Below are positions 49,171 through 62,776 of a stretch of DNA of 64,000 bases, piece after piece; position 1 is the stretch's first letter, and the number at the start of each line of letters is the position of its first letter. The notes below the pieces were generated by a model. That model had not been told where the DNA came from, did not search any database, and saw only the letters and a program-made list of their open reading frames with translations. The stretch is from Eledone cirrhosa (Eukaryota). The position numbers were made by a program, and so were the translations under genes. The stretch spans positions 315,518,001-315,582,000 of the forward strand of contig OZ024740.1 in the NCBI GenBank assembly GCA_964016885.1. The letters are read 5' to 3'.

Positions 49171-51344
49171 CCACAAGCCAACAAATTAAAAGCAATCCAT
49201 TCAACCATTGTCAGTCCACTGATAGATGAAAATTCAGCATACTATTGCAAACTTACCTATGTTTATTGTAGACCTGTCTGTTCAGACTGGCCAATTACTG
49301 GTTGGATTGGGTGAACTGTCATACTAGGTGATAAACCTTGGCCATTGACACTTAGGAGGAATCTAAATTTAGAATAAAAAGACCTGCAGTAGGTAACTCA
49401 AGACATCTTGTCCACCATTTTAACAATTCTGTTAATCTACTGCCCTGGCTTGATACTTATGGCACCTCTTCATGGAGTTGTAGGGGTAGCTGTATGATAT
49501 ACAGTGTTTCTAGAGCATTTTAAACCTGGCAGACTCCAATCCCTCTCCAGGTCTGAACACAGCAGATTTCTTCCAGAGAAGGATAGAAAGCAGGAGAGAG
49601 AAAGAAAGAGATATAGAGGAAGAATTGACCCCAGTACTAGACTGGTACTTATTTTATCAACCTCAAAAGGGTGAATGACAAAGTTGATCTCAGTGGAATT
49701 TGAACTCAGAGAGCAGAGAGCCAGAACAAACACCAATCTGCTGTCTTGTACTTTATTCATCAACTCCAAAAGAATGAAATGTAGAGCAGAATTTTACCTC
49801 AGAGCTCAGAGAATTGGAATGAATACCACAAGACATTTTACCCAATGCAATTCACTGCCTATAAAAGCATTCAGCCAGTTAATAAGAAATACTTGATAGA
49901 TATTAAAAGTATATTAAAGTTGAAACAACTTTGTAATATTTGAAAGGTTACATTATAAACACATCCAAATTGACAGGCAATGATTTTCTAAAATATAAAC
50001 TTGCACAGAATAAAAAACATTGTCTGTAAAATATAAAATGATTTAAAGCAAAGGTTCTCAACCCATTTTGCCCCTCGAAATCACAAAACGCCCCTCTACC
50101 CTATTTTTCCATTTTTCAATATACTACTGATTTTGATATCAGTAGATTACTGGGCCAAATCAAGTTATGTTAGAATCTTTAAAAAATACTTGTACGAATT
50201 AAATACAAAAAAGTTTCAGTCCAAAACTAAAGCAAACTATTTCAAATTATATAATTTTGAAAAATAGACGTGAATGTTCTCAAAGATTTGATCTCAGTAG
50301 AAAAAGCTTCTTTTTTTTAAAATTCTATATTTCACTGTTAGCTGTTGTAATATTTTGAGTGGATAGACAATTCTACAATTCAAACTGTAAAGTCAAAATA
50401 CAAAAGATGCAAAATATGAAGAATTTCTTACCTTTCTCTGAAATTACAAACTAAGGGGGAAAATAGTACCTTGCAAAATAAAATAACTTGTAGCCAAATA
50501 AAATACTTAGTAGCAACGAATGAATTGAGAAGCTTGGTGACAGTGAGAAAGAAATATCTGTATTCCTTATATATATATACATAGATACGCACACACACAT
50601 AAACGAGCATGCACACACACAGATATACACACACACACACACATACATACATACACACACACATATATATATACACACACATATACATACACACACACAA
50701 ACGTCTGTGTGTGTGTGTCTTGGTTTTGGTACAGAAAGAATTTTGTCTCCAGTTTTTATTGCCAGGTCAAAAGCCACTATTCTTTTCAACAACACCAAAT
50801 AACAACGCCATATATATATATATATAAATGAAGAGAGAAAGAGGGAGGGACAGAGAGAGTAAGAAATGTGCGTGTGTGTGTGTTTGGTACACATCTATCT
50901 ATCTATCTCCAACAGGAGGCTCAAATATGCGGCCTGCGAACTACTTTTCTGTGGGTCGTGGTAAAACCAATATTTCATATTGCATTATAACTGCTGAAAA
51001 TAAGGCGGCAAGCTGGTGGAAATGTTAGCACATCTGGCGAAATGCTTAACGGTACTTCTTCTGTTTTTACGTTCTGAGTTCAAATTCCGCCGATCTCAAC
51101 TTTGCCTTTCATCCTTTTGGGGTCAATGAATTAAGTACCAGTTGTGTACTAGGATCGATGTAATTGACTGAACCCTAAACCCCAAATTTCATGACTTGTT
51201 CCTATAGTAGAAATGATTATAACTGGTGAAAATCTTCACCCACCACGTTTGGCCCACTGTGCCTCTCCTCCAGGACGTAATGGCCCTTTTGTGTCCTTGA
51301 GTTTGAGAAATATGTGGTCGGGAAGCAAGCTTCTTTTCACACAC

Positions 51345-51378
<34 letters not shown>

Positions 51379-51542
51379 ATAATATATATATTATACACAC
51401 ACACATATATATATCCTTACACAATTAAATATAAATGCATGTATATATACAAATGTATAAATGCATAGCTATATACATACGTAAATGTATGTATGTATAT
51501 ATGTATGTATATAGATTTATATATATAAATATATATATATAT

Positions 51543-53772
51543 CTTCAAGATGTATATGACGAAAAAGAAGACGATTTAGAGACATCTGACATAGATAATA
51601 ACTGGAATTTCTTACGTGACAACTTGCTGCAGGCTACTGATGAAACTTGTGGCTGGAGCAGAGCTCCAACCAGATAGAGAGTGACCTGGTGGTGGAACAG
51701 CACAGTAGATAAGGCCATTAGAGACAAAAGACTAGCATGGAAGGCTTGGAAAAAGGGTGGGAGTAGGGAAGAATATACAGCCGCTAAGAGAGAAGCTAGA
51801 CGTCAGGTGTACTTAGCACGCAGGGAGGCTGAGAGTAGGAGGTTTGCCAATGTTCTGCGACGGAAAGATCAGAGGCGTGCGGTGTTCCACATTGCAAGGC
51901 AGTGTGTCAATACAAATCAGGATGTTGTTGGCGATAAATGTGTCCGGAATGATGCCAGTGTACTTAGTGTCACGAATGATCAGAAAAAGGAGGCCTGGAA
52001 ATGTTATTATGAGAGACTGATGAATGTGAAGAACGAATGGGAGAGAGAAAAATTACCCTTAGTAGATCCGACAGAGGGACCAGCTATTGAGATTGATGAA
52101 TATAGGGTCCAAGAGGCGATTTAGGAAATGAAAAATGGTAAGGCTGCTGGACCATCAGGAATAGTTGTTGAGATGCTGAAGGCATCAGGGGACGTAGGCA
52201 CTAAACTGGTTGCACGCATCATCAATCAGGCTATATATGGTGGTGTCATACCCAAAGACTGGTGCAGCAGTATTCTCATAAATTGCTACAAAGGTAAAGG
52301 GGATGCTCTGGAGAGGAGCAATTATAGGGGTATAAAACTGATGGATCAGGTTATGAAAGTGGCAGAAAGGATATTAGCACAATTAATTAGAGAAAGGGTC
52401 AAACTAGATGAGATGCAGTTTGGTTTTGTGCCTGGGAAGAGTAAAACAGATGCCCTCTTCTTGGTGAGACAATTGCAAGAGAGGTTCTTAGAGAAAAATA
52501 AGCCACTATACTTAGCCTTTGTTGACCTAGAGAAGTCCTTTGATAGGGTACCCCAATCTGTCATCTGGTGGTTCCTAAGGAAACTAGGTGTTGAGGAATG
52601 GCTTGTGAGGACAGGTACTCTCAGTAAAGTCAGGGTAGGAATGGAGTTTAGTGAGGAATTCCAGATACAAGTAGGAGTACATCAAGGTTAGGTCATCAGC
52701 TCGCTCTTGTTCATTATAGTCCTCCAAGCCATAACAGAGGAGTTTAAGACTGGCTATCCATGGGAACTTCTCTATGCTGATGATCTGGTTCTTATAGCAG
52801 AATCAGTAGAGGAGCTAGAGAATAAATTCTGGCTATGGAAACAGCAGTTGGAAGCAAGAGGACTGAGAGTGAACCTAGCTAAGACAAAAGTGTTGATGAG
52901 TAGAAAAGAGGACAAAACTCTGATTCCGTCAGGGAAATGGCCATGTTCGATATGCAGAAAAGGAACTGGCATAAATTCTATAAAATGCACACAATGCAGA
53001 TCCTGGGTACACAAGAGATGTAGCGGGATAGCAGGCAAACTAACAGGTAGGGAGAAATATGTATGCAGTAGATGTACAGGGAAATTAGACAGTAGAAGTC
53101 ACATTGATAGACACATTTTTTCAAATGCAGGAGGGTGCTATAGAAGTGGTGGATAGCTTCCGGTACCTAGGCGATCAGATTAGCATGGGAGGAGGGTGTT
53201 CCGAGGCTATAGTATCTAGAATAAGGACGGGTTGGAAGAAGTTTAGGGAGCTGCTTCCTCTGCTGACGAAGAACGGTTTCTCAATGCGTACGAAAGGCCG
53301 GTTGTATGATGCCTGTGTGAGGAGCGCGATGCTGCATGGTAGTGAGGCATGGGCAGCAACTGCAGAGGATATGCGATGGCTGGAGAGAAATGAGGCAAGC
53401 ATGCTCCATTGGATGTGCAGTGTAAATGTGCGTGAACGACCCAGCGTGAATATGTTGAGAGAGAAACTGTGTCTGAGAGGGATAGAATATAGTGTACGGG
53501 AGAGGAGACTGAGGTGGTATGGATATGTGATGCGCATGGAGGATGACCGATGGGTGAAGAAGTGCCAGGAAATGCCAGTTGAGGGAAGACGTGGTAGAGG
53601 TAGACCACGAAAAACATGGGCGGAGGTGGTGAGAACAGACCTCAGATCGTTGAAGCTCACGGTGGAGATGACGAAGGACCGTAACAAGTGGAGATGCTGT
53701 GCTGAATAAGACCCGTCCCAACCTTTGCGGCAGGGAAGAGAGGACGTAAAATAATGATGATGATGATGATGA
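51543..53772 (+). mobile_element. 5'-truncated RTE-clade LINE pseudogene
   Basis: TWWWN, KAAGPSGI, NYRGIKL, QFGF, LLYADD, RLRWYG. Several in-frame stops and frameshifts. (GAT)n tail. Confidence 0.93.
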
Positions 53773-53791
53773 TATATATGTATGTATGTAG

Positions 53792-53830
<39 letters not shown>

Positions 53831-54102
53831 GATTTATATATATATAAATCTACATACATACATATATACATACATTTACATATGTATATAGCTATGCATT
53901 TATACATTTGTATATATATACATGCATTTATATTTAAGTGTGTAAGGATGTTGACATGATTTATGTTGGGTTTTTTTGGTAAGGAGAACATTTTTGTCTC
54001 CAGATTTTATTACCTAGGGAGTTTAAATACCACAGCTCTGGCTGAAAGCTGACCAGGTTCTCAACCTCATCAAACACCAACGCCAGCCTGTGTGTGTATA
54101 TA

Positions 54103-54133
<31 letters not shown>

Positions 54134-54899
54134 GTGTGTATGTTCGTATTTATGTATATGTATACACCCACACCTTTCGCCACCATTGCTTCTTTTTGTT
54201 GTCATTTCTGTTGAAGTTGTTCTTGTAACTGTTGTCAAAGTTGACGTTGTCCTTATTTTCATTTTCTTTGATTTCTTTTGTTTTTCTTTTATCTCCCTAG
54301 AGGATTCATTGACAAACTTCTTTTATTTATTTTCTTCGTTTTCTTCATTCAAATGCATTCACACTGGCTGTCTAAGAGACGTACAAATATGACTTATAAA
54401 AGTTACCAAACTAAAGGGGCTTCCAGCACCCTCCAAATTTCAAACGCCCCCCACCCCCTAATGCCCCCTTGCTCCAAAACGCCCCCTGGAGCTCCGAAAC
54501 ATATATGTTTATTCCATTGAACCCTAACCCACCCAGACAACTTGTAAAGTGGTAGAATCAGAATCACAATAAAATGCTCCCAGTACATGCTGTAAAGTGG
54601 TTGGTACAAGGAACCAACTGGGAGGCTTCAGTATGTATAAAGGTTTGAGGTTAAGCCTTAACCTTTTAGCATTTACATAACTCTATATATACTATTGTAT
54701 TTTCACTCACATAATATCGAATCTTTGAGATTTTGATATTATTTATTTTGAGAACAATACCTAAACATGAATATGAGCAGCCAGTTACAGCAGGTTTGAA
54801 CAGAAAGAGATGAGATAATTCTGGTCAGATACAGCCAGTTTAAATACTAAAAGATTAAATTGATTTTGTTTCTTTTTTTTTTTAATTACTAATTTTCAG

Positions 54900-55060
54900 C
54901 CTCTGGTAATGCATTTAGCAAGTGTTAACCTTCGGATGAGTCTCCAGCAGTCTTTGGTAGCTTCAACAATCAATGCAGCTAAAGCTCTGGGAAAATCTAC
55001 AACTCATGGAAGTTTAGTACCTGGAAAAGTTGCCAACTTAGTCTTGATTGAAGCAGCAAG
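54900..55060 (+). CDS. AMDHD1: AMDHD1 coding exon 7
   Basis: PLVMHLASVNLRMSLQQSLVASTINAAKALGKSTTHGSLVPGKVANLVLIEAA(R). CAG/GTATG boundaries, 161 nt. Confidence 0.95.
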
Positions 55061-55197
55061 GTATGAGCAATATTCTGGTTTTTTAATTCATCATAGATTA
55101 ACATTCTTTTGAGACCAAAACACCTGAAATTGCCCTGGATTTAGTATACAAAACTGATCATTTTAAAGTGTTTATTCTTATATTAAATCCTTCATCA

Positions 55198-55677
55198 TAT
55201 GAGGGCAGGCTGAAAGGTTCCTAGGCTGACTATGAAGAAGTGATGCTAGAGCTGTGAAATCTTGCATGCATTAATTTCAACTCTTCTTATTAATAACTGC
55301 ATTGTTTATTTCCAGGGACTATGTTGAAAAATAAACCTCATTTGGTCATTCCATGAGAGTATCTTAGTCAGCCTATGAACTTTTCAGTTGACCCTTGGAT
55401 TATTATGGTTCATAACATACAGATCCACACATGCAAATACATCCATACCTGCACACACGCACTCAAATACATACATATGAGGGTCAGCTGAAAGGTTCAT
55501 AGGCTGACTATGAAGGAATGATGCTAGAGCTGTAAAATCTTGCATGCATTAATATCAACTCTCCTTATTAACAACTGTATTGTTTCTTACCAGGGACTAT
55601 GTTAAAAAATAAACCTCATTTGGTCATTCCATGAGAGTATCTTGGTCAGTCTATTAACTTTTCAGTCGACACTCATA
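55198..55677. mobile_element. Two tandem mariner-type MITE copies of about 200 bp
   Basis: 55198-55395 and 55476-55677 are each bounded by GAGGG..GCTGAAAGGTTC.TAGGCTGAC and GTCAG.CTAT.AACTTTTCAG. Confidence 0.8.
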
Positions 55678-56355
55678 ATTTTCTTTAAGTAATGTTCTAA
55701 ATATCAGTTTACTAATGAAAGAGTTAGTTATTTTGTTAAATTCACCCAAATATTTGATTATTTTCAAAATCAATTGAAACACATAAGCAGTGTATTTCAA
55801 TGAAAGGTTTAAATCAATGATTAAGGCGGTCAATTCATTAGAACATCGGATAGAATGCTTTGTGGTATTTGTTTCAGTTAACTGCTCTCTCAGTGCAAAT
55901 CCCGTCGAGGTTAACTTTGCTTTTCATCCATTCTAGTTCGATAAAAGAAAGTACCAGTCTAGTACTGGGGTCAATTCTTTCTCACTTCCCTTCTCTCATT
56001 CCCTATCCTTCTCGGGAAGAAATCTGCTGTATTCAGACCTGGAAGTTAAAAAAAAAAAATTCCCTAGAAACACCATATGTTAATACGGTGCTCCTATGAC
56101 TCTCTCGGGAGTTACTAGACCATTCATGCAATGGCTAAACCACATCCCCCTATCCTGATAAATTCATTAATGCCCGGTTGTAGTTACTAGGTTCAAATCC
56201 TGCCGAGGTTAGCTTTGCCTATCATCTTTACAGGGTTGATAAAATAAAGTACCAGTATCACACTGGGGTCAATTTAATCGACTCTCAGTCTATTATTGTC
56301 CGGTATTTTATAGAAATTAATATTTTGTGTAATCTACTGTTTTCTTTTCTCACAG

Positions 56356-56458
56356 ATGGGAACACTTGATCTATCGAATGGGCTGTCATACCGACCTGAT
56401 AAAATATGTTATTGTTCGTGGCAATGTTGTTGTAGACAGGTATAACACACCAAAGTAG
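56356..56458 (+). CDS. AMDHD1: AMDHD1 coding exon 8 (terminal)
   Basis: CAG acceptor. WEHLIYRMGCHTDLIKYVIVRGNVVVDRYNTPK then TAG. Total CDS is 1317 nt (438 aa plus stop). Confidence 0.92.
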
Positions 56459-57196
56459 AAATCAAACAATCACATTTGAAATCATTATCAGTCAAAGTAA
56501 GAAAACAAATGTAGGATGCAATTTTTCAAAATATTTTAAAATATACCGTATTAATAAGGGGCCAATATATGTATTTTAACATACCCTAAAAATTATATCA
56601 AATGGCTGTCTATGTTATTGAAAGGAACCCTGCTTCACCAAAAAGGTTTAATTCTAGTAATAAAGTTATCAAGAAAATTTATCAATCCTTTCACATTTGA
56701 AATACCATATGTACTTGAATATAAGTCGTTACAAATAAGCCAACCCCATTATTTTATGTCTGAGAAATGGAAAAAAATTCAAACCATATTTACATAAAAT
56801 TTGATGTTGGTGAAAATTGTCAAAATATTGACCCTGAATATAAGCACACCCTCCTTCTACCATTGATTTGTTCATCACACATTCCTCGGCTTATATTCAA
56901 CTATATATGGTTTTATTTGATTAAATGTTACTAATAATGAGAAATTCAGTTGTTGATTTAAATTTTGTATGTACTGTTCACTAGCTATGAAAGAAAATAG
57001 AAAATAGATGTAAAAACAATGATGATGATATAGTTTAATAACCAGAATGAAGGGTTGTGGGTTTGTCTCTCATCATAGATGTCAGGCTTTGTTCAAAGAC
57101 ATGATATCTAACTTTAAACACTTTCTCTTGGTCTGTTTTCTATGATTTCATTTCAGTTAATTAGATGGAAAATATGCATAGCATAAATAATATTTC

Positions 57197-57202
57197 AATA
57201 AA
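57197..57202 (+). terminator. Candidate polyadenylation signal of AMDHD1
   Basis: AATAAA about 740 nt after the stop, followed by T-rich sequence. The AT-rich background makes this weak. Confidence 0.3.
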
Positions 57203-57426
57203 AATAATTTCTTGTAACAAAGATTTCTTGGTTGAATGCTTTAGAAAAATATCTAGCTTCTTTACTGATTCTATGGTATATATGCTTCTAGTACAATTTA
57301 ATATTTAAATAGCTTATATCTCTTGTGAAATAAAGAAAGCAGTGGTCGATATGCACCAATAATCACAACCACAGAGATATACTTTTATTAGTGAATGAGG
57401 GTTAATTTCATAGATTAATTTCTATA

Positions 57427-58091
57427 TCTATATATAATATAAAAGAAAGATGTTTATTGCTTGGTTGAATCACATGAAAACTACACACATACACACATCT
57501 AAAGAGAGAGAGAGACAGAGGGAGAGGCAGAAAGAGAGAGATAAGCCGTTATACAGAGAGAGATACAATTAAAGTGTTAGATATATATAGAGAGAGTAAC
57601 ATCTCACAAAAGTCTAGAAATGGCTTAAACTATAGATCCTTTGATCTATAGGAAGGTTCAACAATATTGTGTTAGCTTTTATAAAGTCATTTTACAATCT
57701 TTGATTTTACAGAACAAAGAAATATTGATACTATTTGAAATTAATCTAAACCCTCCAGCTTTTATCCATATACTACTTATAGACAGTACTAACAAAGCTA
57801 AACACCCCAGAAGCAATGTTATGTGGTATATTGCTGTATTTCAGATGACATCCTTTGGAGCTGAAAAAGATCATACTGACTATGGTTATTTCACAACATT
57901 TAAAATCCAAGGCCAGTGCTACCATTTAATCGGCAGTTTACTCCCCCAGCCTAATAAGGAAGTTTTATTATTGTTTTTTTTTATGTCTCTCTAACACACA
58001 CATTACAGTCTCACCTCATCCCAGACAACACATCCAATACAGTCATTTTCTTTTAACTGTTCTCCTGGGCGAAGCCAAGTACCTCAGCTAG
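57427..58091 (+). mobile_element. Non-autonomous Helitron carrying a RepHel fragment
   Basis: A|TC 5' end and GGGCGAAGCC...CTAG|T 3' end. FQMTSFG...FKIQGQCYHLIGSLLP resembles the RepHel N-terminal region. Confidence 0.8.
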
Positions 58092-58337
58092 TTTAGTATA
58101 TAAGAAAAGAAAATATGATAAAAAACAACTGATTATAAACATCTTTATCAATATCTTTGATAGTTTTACTTAAATGCTTAGGGTGATATGTTAGAAAATA
58201 TTTTGTGTCATTATTAGTCACAAAAATAAATAAAACAATCATGATGTAAAAATTTGAAGTAGATTTGTGATAACTATTCTTACAGAAAAGTCACTAAATT
58301 TCAGAGACGCTATAGCGATATGTTATGTTTTCTATTT

Positions 58338-58506
58338 CCAGCTGGTGAGTCAGGTTAAGTTGAATAATATATTACAGGTCATGCTATGACTCCTGTAATA
58401 GAATCTTCAGCCTAGATCACCAAAGCTTTATCAGTTGGCAAAGTATTTACCATGTTTTACTTCTCCTAAGGTTTTCCTTAGCTCAAAATATTAACAATAT
58501 TGTTAA

Positions 58507-58543
<37 letters not shown>

Positions 58544-59085
58544 TAATGCATAGAAATGTCCATGATCTCCAGCAGACAACTGATGAAGGGAAATTATCCA
58601 CCATTTGTGCTTTCCTCTTATTTTCTTATTATATATAACAGTCCTATATGAGTGAGACACGGTCATCCGACCCAACTTGCCTCTAATGGGACAAACCTGT
58701 CTAACCCATGCTAGCGTAGAAGATAGACGTTAAACAATGATGATGGTGATGATCATGATAACAAAATTTAATATAGAAATGGCTTCTACAGGACTAGAAC
58801 TGTTTCATTCATATGAAATCAGCAGGAAAGCCCTGATGATTTCATACAAATAAAACACTTCTAGCCCAGTAGAAACCATTTCTATATTAAATTTTGTTCT
58901 CTACTTATGGATTTATTACTTTATTTACTGTGGTTAATCCAGCTGGTGAGTCAAGTTAAGTTAAAATGATATATTACAGGTCATGCTATGACTTCTGCAA
59001 TAGAATGCCATTAATCTTCAACCTAGATCACCAACGCTTCATCAGTTGGAAAGTATTTACCATGTTTCACTGCTCCTAAGGTTAT
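58338..59085 (+). repeat. Dispersed direct duplication of about 135 bp
   Basis: 58338-58472 resembles 58938-59083 (CCAGCTGGTGAGTCA...CTCCTAAGGTT). Confidence 0.8.
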
Positions 59086-59785
59086 CGTTCATATCTCTAT
59101 TCTATTCTAAACAAAAGAAGTTTAAATTAACAGTTTTGGTATATAACAGTTATAGCAATTTAGGTGTAGAATATTTTTATCACATTGGCTAAATGATGAG
59201 TTATGTTAAATCACCAACATCATCACCATTTTATGTTTATCTTCTATACTGGAATAGATTGGAGAGGTTGTTATTTTCTGACACTAGACAACTTATATGT
59301 TCCATTTTGACAAGATTTTTACAACTGGGTGCCCTTCATAATGCCAACCAACTTACAGTGCATTTTATCAAGGCATCAGCACTACAACTCTATGAAATGT
59401 ACTGGATGCATTTTATCAAGGCACCAGCACTACCACTCTATGAAATGTACTGGATGCATTTTATGATGATACTAGTACTGTTGCTTTATAGTGAACTGCC
59501 CCAATGAAGGAACTTCTACATGGTAGGTTGATCTGCTAGAAAAAGTAAGCTGAATTCCCTTCAAGCCACAGCCTATCATTACAAAAAACAAACAAAACAA
59601 AACAAAAAGGAGAGATACAATTTGTATGATTCATTATCTGAAACTAAAATGAGAAGTTTATAGTTGGAATACCTTGATCATGTTTAATTAATCATAGTTG
59701 ACCTGGGCTAAACAGCAACAACAGGCATACAGAAATATACAAAGAAGGATTTGGGTTGCACCTAGTCATTTCACTGACTATCTAT

Positions 59786-60935
59786 GGAGATCTGTCTGCT
59801 GTCAACACCCTTCCAATTGAGGGCTGGGCATGCCGTGACTAATGATGCACAAACATGCGCTGAGGCTACGGCATCTTCAGGTATTCTTCATCGACCAACC
59901 GGTGTGGGCACCGTTTGTCAGACAGGCCTTCCCACAACTTGTCTCACTGACGGAGCTGCAGTCCTGGGTTAAGCGAAGACTGAAGATGGGCACCTGGCAC
60001 ATTGAATGCGTCTAGGCGCTCAGTCCTCTGTCAAGCAGGCACAGCAATCAGTGGAGACTCCACTTCGACATTCTATAGAGGGTTAGTATTTTACAAGTGC
60101 GATGACGTGCTCGGGGAGACTCTAGGCATCAAAGACGATGAGCTCACCAGTCTGTTCGGTAGGACTTTCCGCCCGGGACCTATGGACAACTTCCAGAGGT
60201 CCCTAGCCTGGCAGTGCTACTGAGGAGCTCTCCCGTTCGAGATAAGATCTACAGGCACGGACGACCCGGCAGGGATCCTTCCAAGAAGACGTGTCCAAGA
60301 TGCGAGCAGGAAACCGTCTTGCACGCAATTGTGCACTGCCCGGGCGCAACCGACCTGTGGAACTATGCAGAACAACTGCTGTCGCGTATGGGACAAATCC
60401 AGTTGACTGCCAAGTCCATAGTAAAGATTAAACCGCCAGCCTCTTTAAAAAACGAAAGAGAGGCGGTTTTCCTCTGTACAGTGGCTATGGTGAAAGAGGT
60501 TATATGGTAGACGAGATTGAGAGGACTGAGGACAGATGCCTTTCTCTCCGGACAACAATTGATTCCCTTCTTTAAGTATCACTTTAGAAGAAGAATCAGA
60601 GTGGAGAGAGGCACTGCACCCCAGTAAATTTACTGAAAGGTGGATGAATGAAGCGAAAATGGCCTGAGTGATTGGGCCTTCTCTGTTTATAAGCCTGTAG
60701 GTTAAAGAAGAGAGCAAAAGGAAGAAGGGAGCACTTGCACAACACGCTCCTGAAGTTGAGGGTTGTTCTATCGACAGGGTATTAAACAACCCATTTGTGG
60801 CGTCTCCCCCCCTATTGGGGATTTCGATTGTTATAATTGTTTATTTTATATATTTTTTTAAACGACTGTAAAATCCCCGGCATGTGTCTTTGTATTGTCC
60901 CCTTTTCTCGTGCGCCCTTGTGACAAATAAAGAAA
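59786..60935 (+). mobile_element. Tx1/L1-clade LINE 3' fragment (third relative)
   Basis: PGPMDNFQRSLAWQCY and CPRCEQETVLHAIVHCP. 3' end CCTTGTGACAAATAAAG resembles the copies at 25010 and 30901. Confidence 0.88.
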
Positions 60936-62603
60936 TATATCTATTTGTCATAGGTTTGCTCGGTCAGCCATGGCTCGGTCTAAACAACAGATGTAGACTG
61001 GAACATGGAGAACATATCCAGATTTTAACACAGCTCCTGCCTTTGATTAACTGCATGTTAGATTGTATACAATACAATTTCCAGTTATTTGGAGACAGGG
61101 CTAGATTAACCAATAAGCAAAATAAGCCCATTCTTATGACATCAAAGGAAGAGAGACCCCATTTTATTGAAATTAAATATATTTGACATTCCCCCAAAAA
61201 TTGTTTTTGTAGACTTTATATATAGGGTGGGAGCACTTTAATCTTTTCAGTACTTAGGGCATCAAAAGGACTTAATTCAGCCCTCTGTGGAAGCACCATA
61301 TATCTGGAATGATAGGTTTGTAGATTGCACCTATCAAAGTTTGATTGCTTAGAGATAACATGTGACTACATAACATCGAATTTGTTATTATGGCAACATG
61401 TTAATCGTTTGTTTTCAACTTGCTGTTATCACTTATTTAACTTTTTGTGTATAAACTACTTTATCTTCTTCTTCTCCTCCTTCTCATTCTTCTTTGCCCA
61501 CTTATTACTGAGAGGGTCGTGAGGGCAGAGTCCTCAAACACTCCTTCCAGTGGGTCCAGTCAGAAGCAACGGTATCCAACTGATCTGGCTAGATTTCCAA
61601 GAGAGAACAGCCGAGCTCATGGATGTTATCCAACCATCTTGCTCAGGGTCTACCCCTGGGTCTCCAGTTGGTTGGTTTTGCTTGTAAAATCTGTCTAGCA
61701 ATTTTTTCCTGAGACATTCTAACCACAAGCCCAAAATATAGCTGTGATCTCTCAATTCAGAGAAGTAGCAGCTCTACATGGAGTGACTCTCTGAGCTACG
61801 AGTAACGTTACTTTATCTGTTGCCTTTATTTATTATATAACAAACAAAACTAATATTTATAACTCTGTTATACTTTAGACTTAAATTCTCATTATCATCC
61901 TGGTAAATTTTAAGGTAAAAGTTTCATAACAAAATCACAATCCTGAATGTCTGTCATTCTGATGATAAAAAAGATAAATGTTTGAAGTGTTCTTAACATT
62001 ATATCTTTACAGAGAGAGAGAGAGAAGCCTTGTCACCCAGTAACCATTTAACCTTGTATACATACTCACACCCAGTCACCAATTCTTATTTTATAAAAGA
62101 TGTCTAAAGTCCTGAAAGGAGTTGTTAAGATTGGCAGTATCGGTAGAGGGTCGAACGCCATGCTTTGACGCATAGAGTTACGGTCCTTGCCATTCTGAGT
62201 TCAAATCCCGCTGAGGTTAACTTTGCCTTTCATCCTTATGGGGTCGATAAAATAAAGTACCAGTAATATACTGGGTATTTGCTGGCCTTGTGCCAAAAGT
62301 AGAAACAATTATTACTCCGTAGGGCGATGGATTGGCAGTATCGATAGAGCGTCAGACAGCATGCTTTGCAGTATAAAGTTACGGCCCTTTATGTTCTGAG
62401 TTCAAATCCTGCCGAGGTTAACTTTGCCTTTCACTCTTACGAGGTCGATAACATAAAGCACCAAATGCACTGATGATGCCATTCGATTTGAAATACGGGG
62501 TAATAAGAGCCGGTTGTATATTTACACTGTTACAATTGTTCGTTTTAATAACACCACAGTCTTTTATTCCCAAGCCATTATTCTACAAAGAAACCATCTA
62601 AAT

Positions 62604-62776
62604 CAGATATGTAAAACATGCGACCCTTTACAAGCACACCTGCGGCCCGCACAAAGGTTTTTATAGCGCGAGCATGTTTTATCTTCGTAATATAAAATAA
62701 AAAAATTAGTTGTAATGTGCGCAACATATATGTAACCCATGTGGCCCTCGTAGGACCTTCAATTTTGACATGCTTG
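62604..62776 (-). mobile_element. hAT MITE, same family as 44024-44210
   Basis: Inverted homology to that copy. TSD ATCTAAAT/ATCTAGAT (7 of 8 match). Confidence 0.8.

Noticed and set aside
54030-54296. Nested minus-strand exons inside AMDHD1 intron 6
   Set aside because: AG/GT-bounded open frames can be drawn, but the peptide is unrecognisable and part of it has a stop-containing paralogue at 50715-50810.
58579-58610. Other CTGATGA hammerhead cores (also near 1460, 51637 and 62470)
   Set aside because: No paired stem II followed by GAAA and a UH cleavage site.
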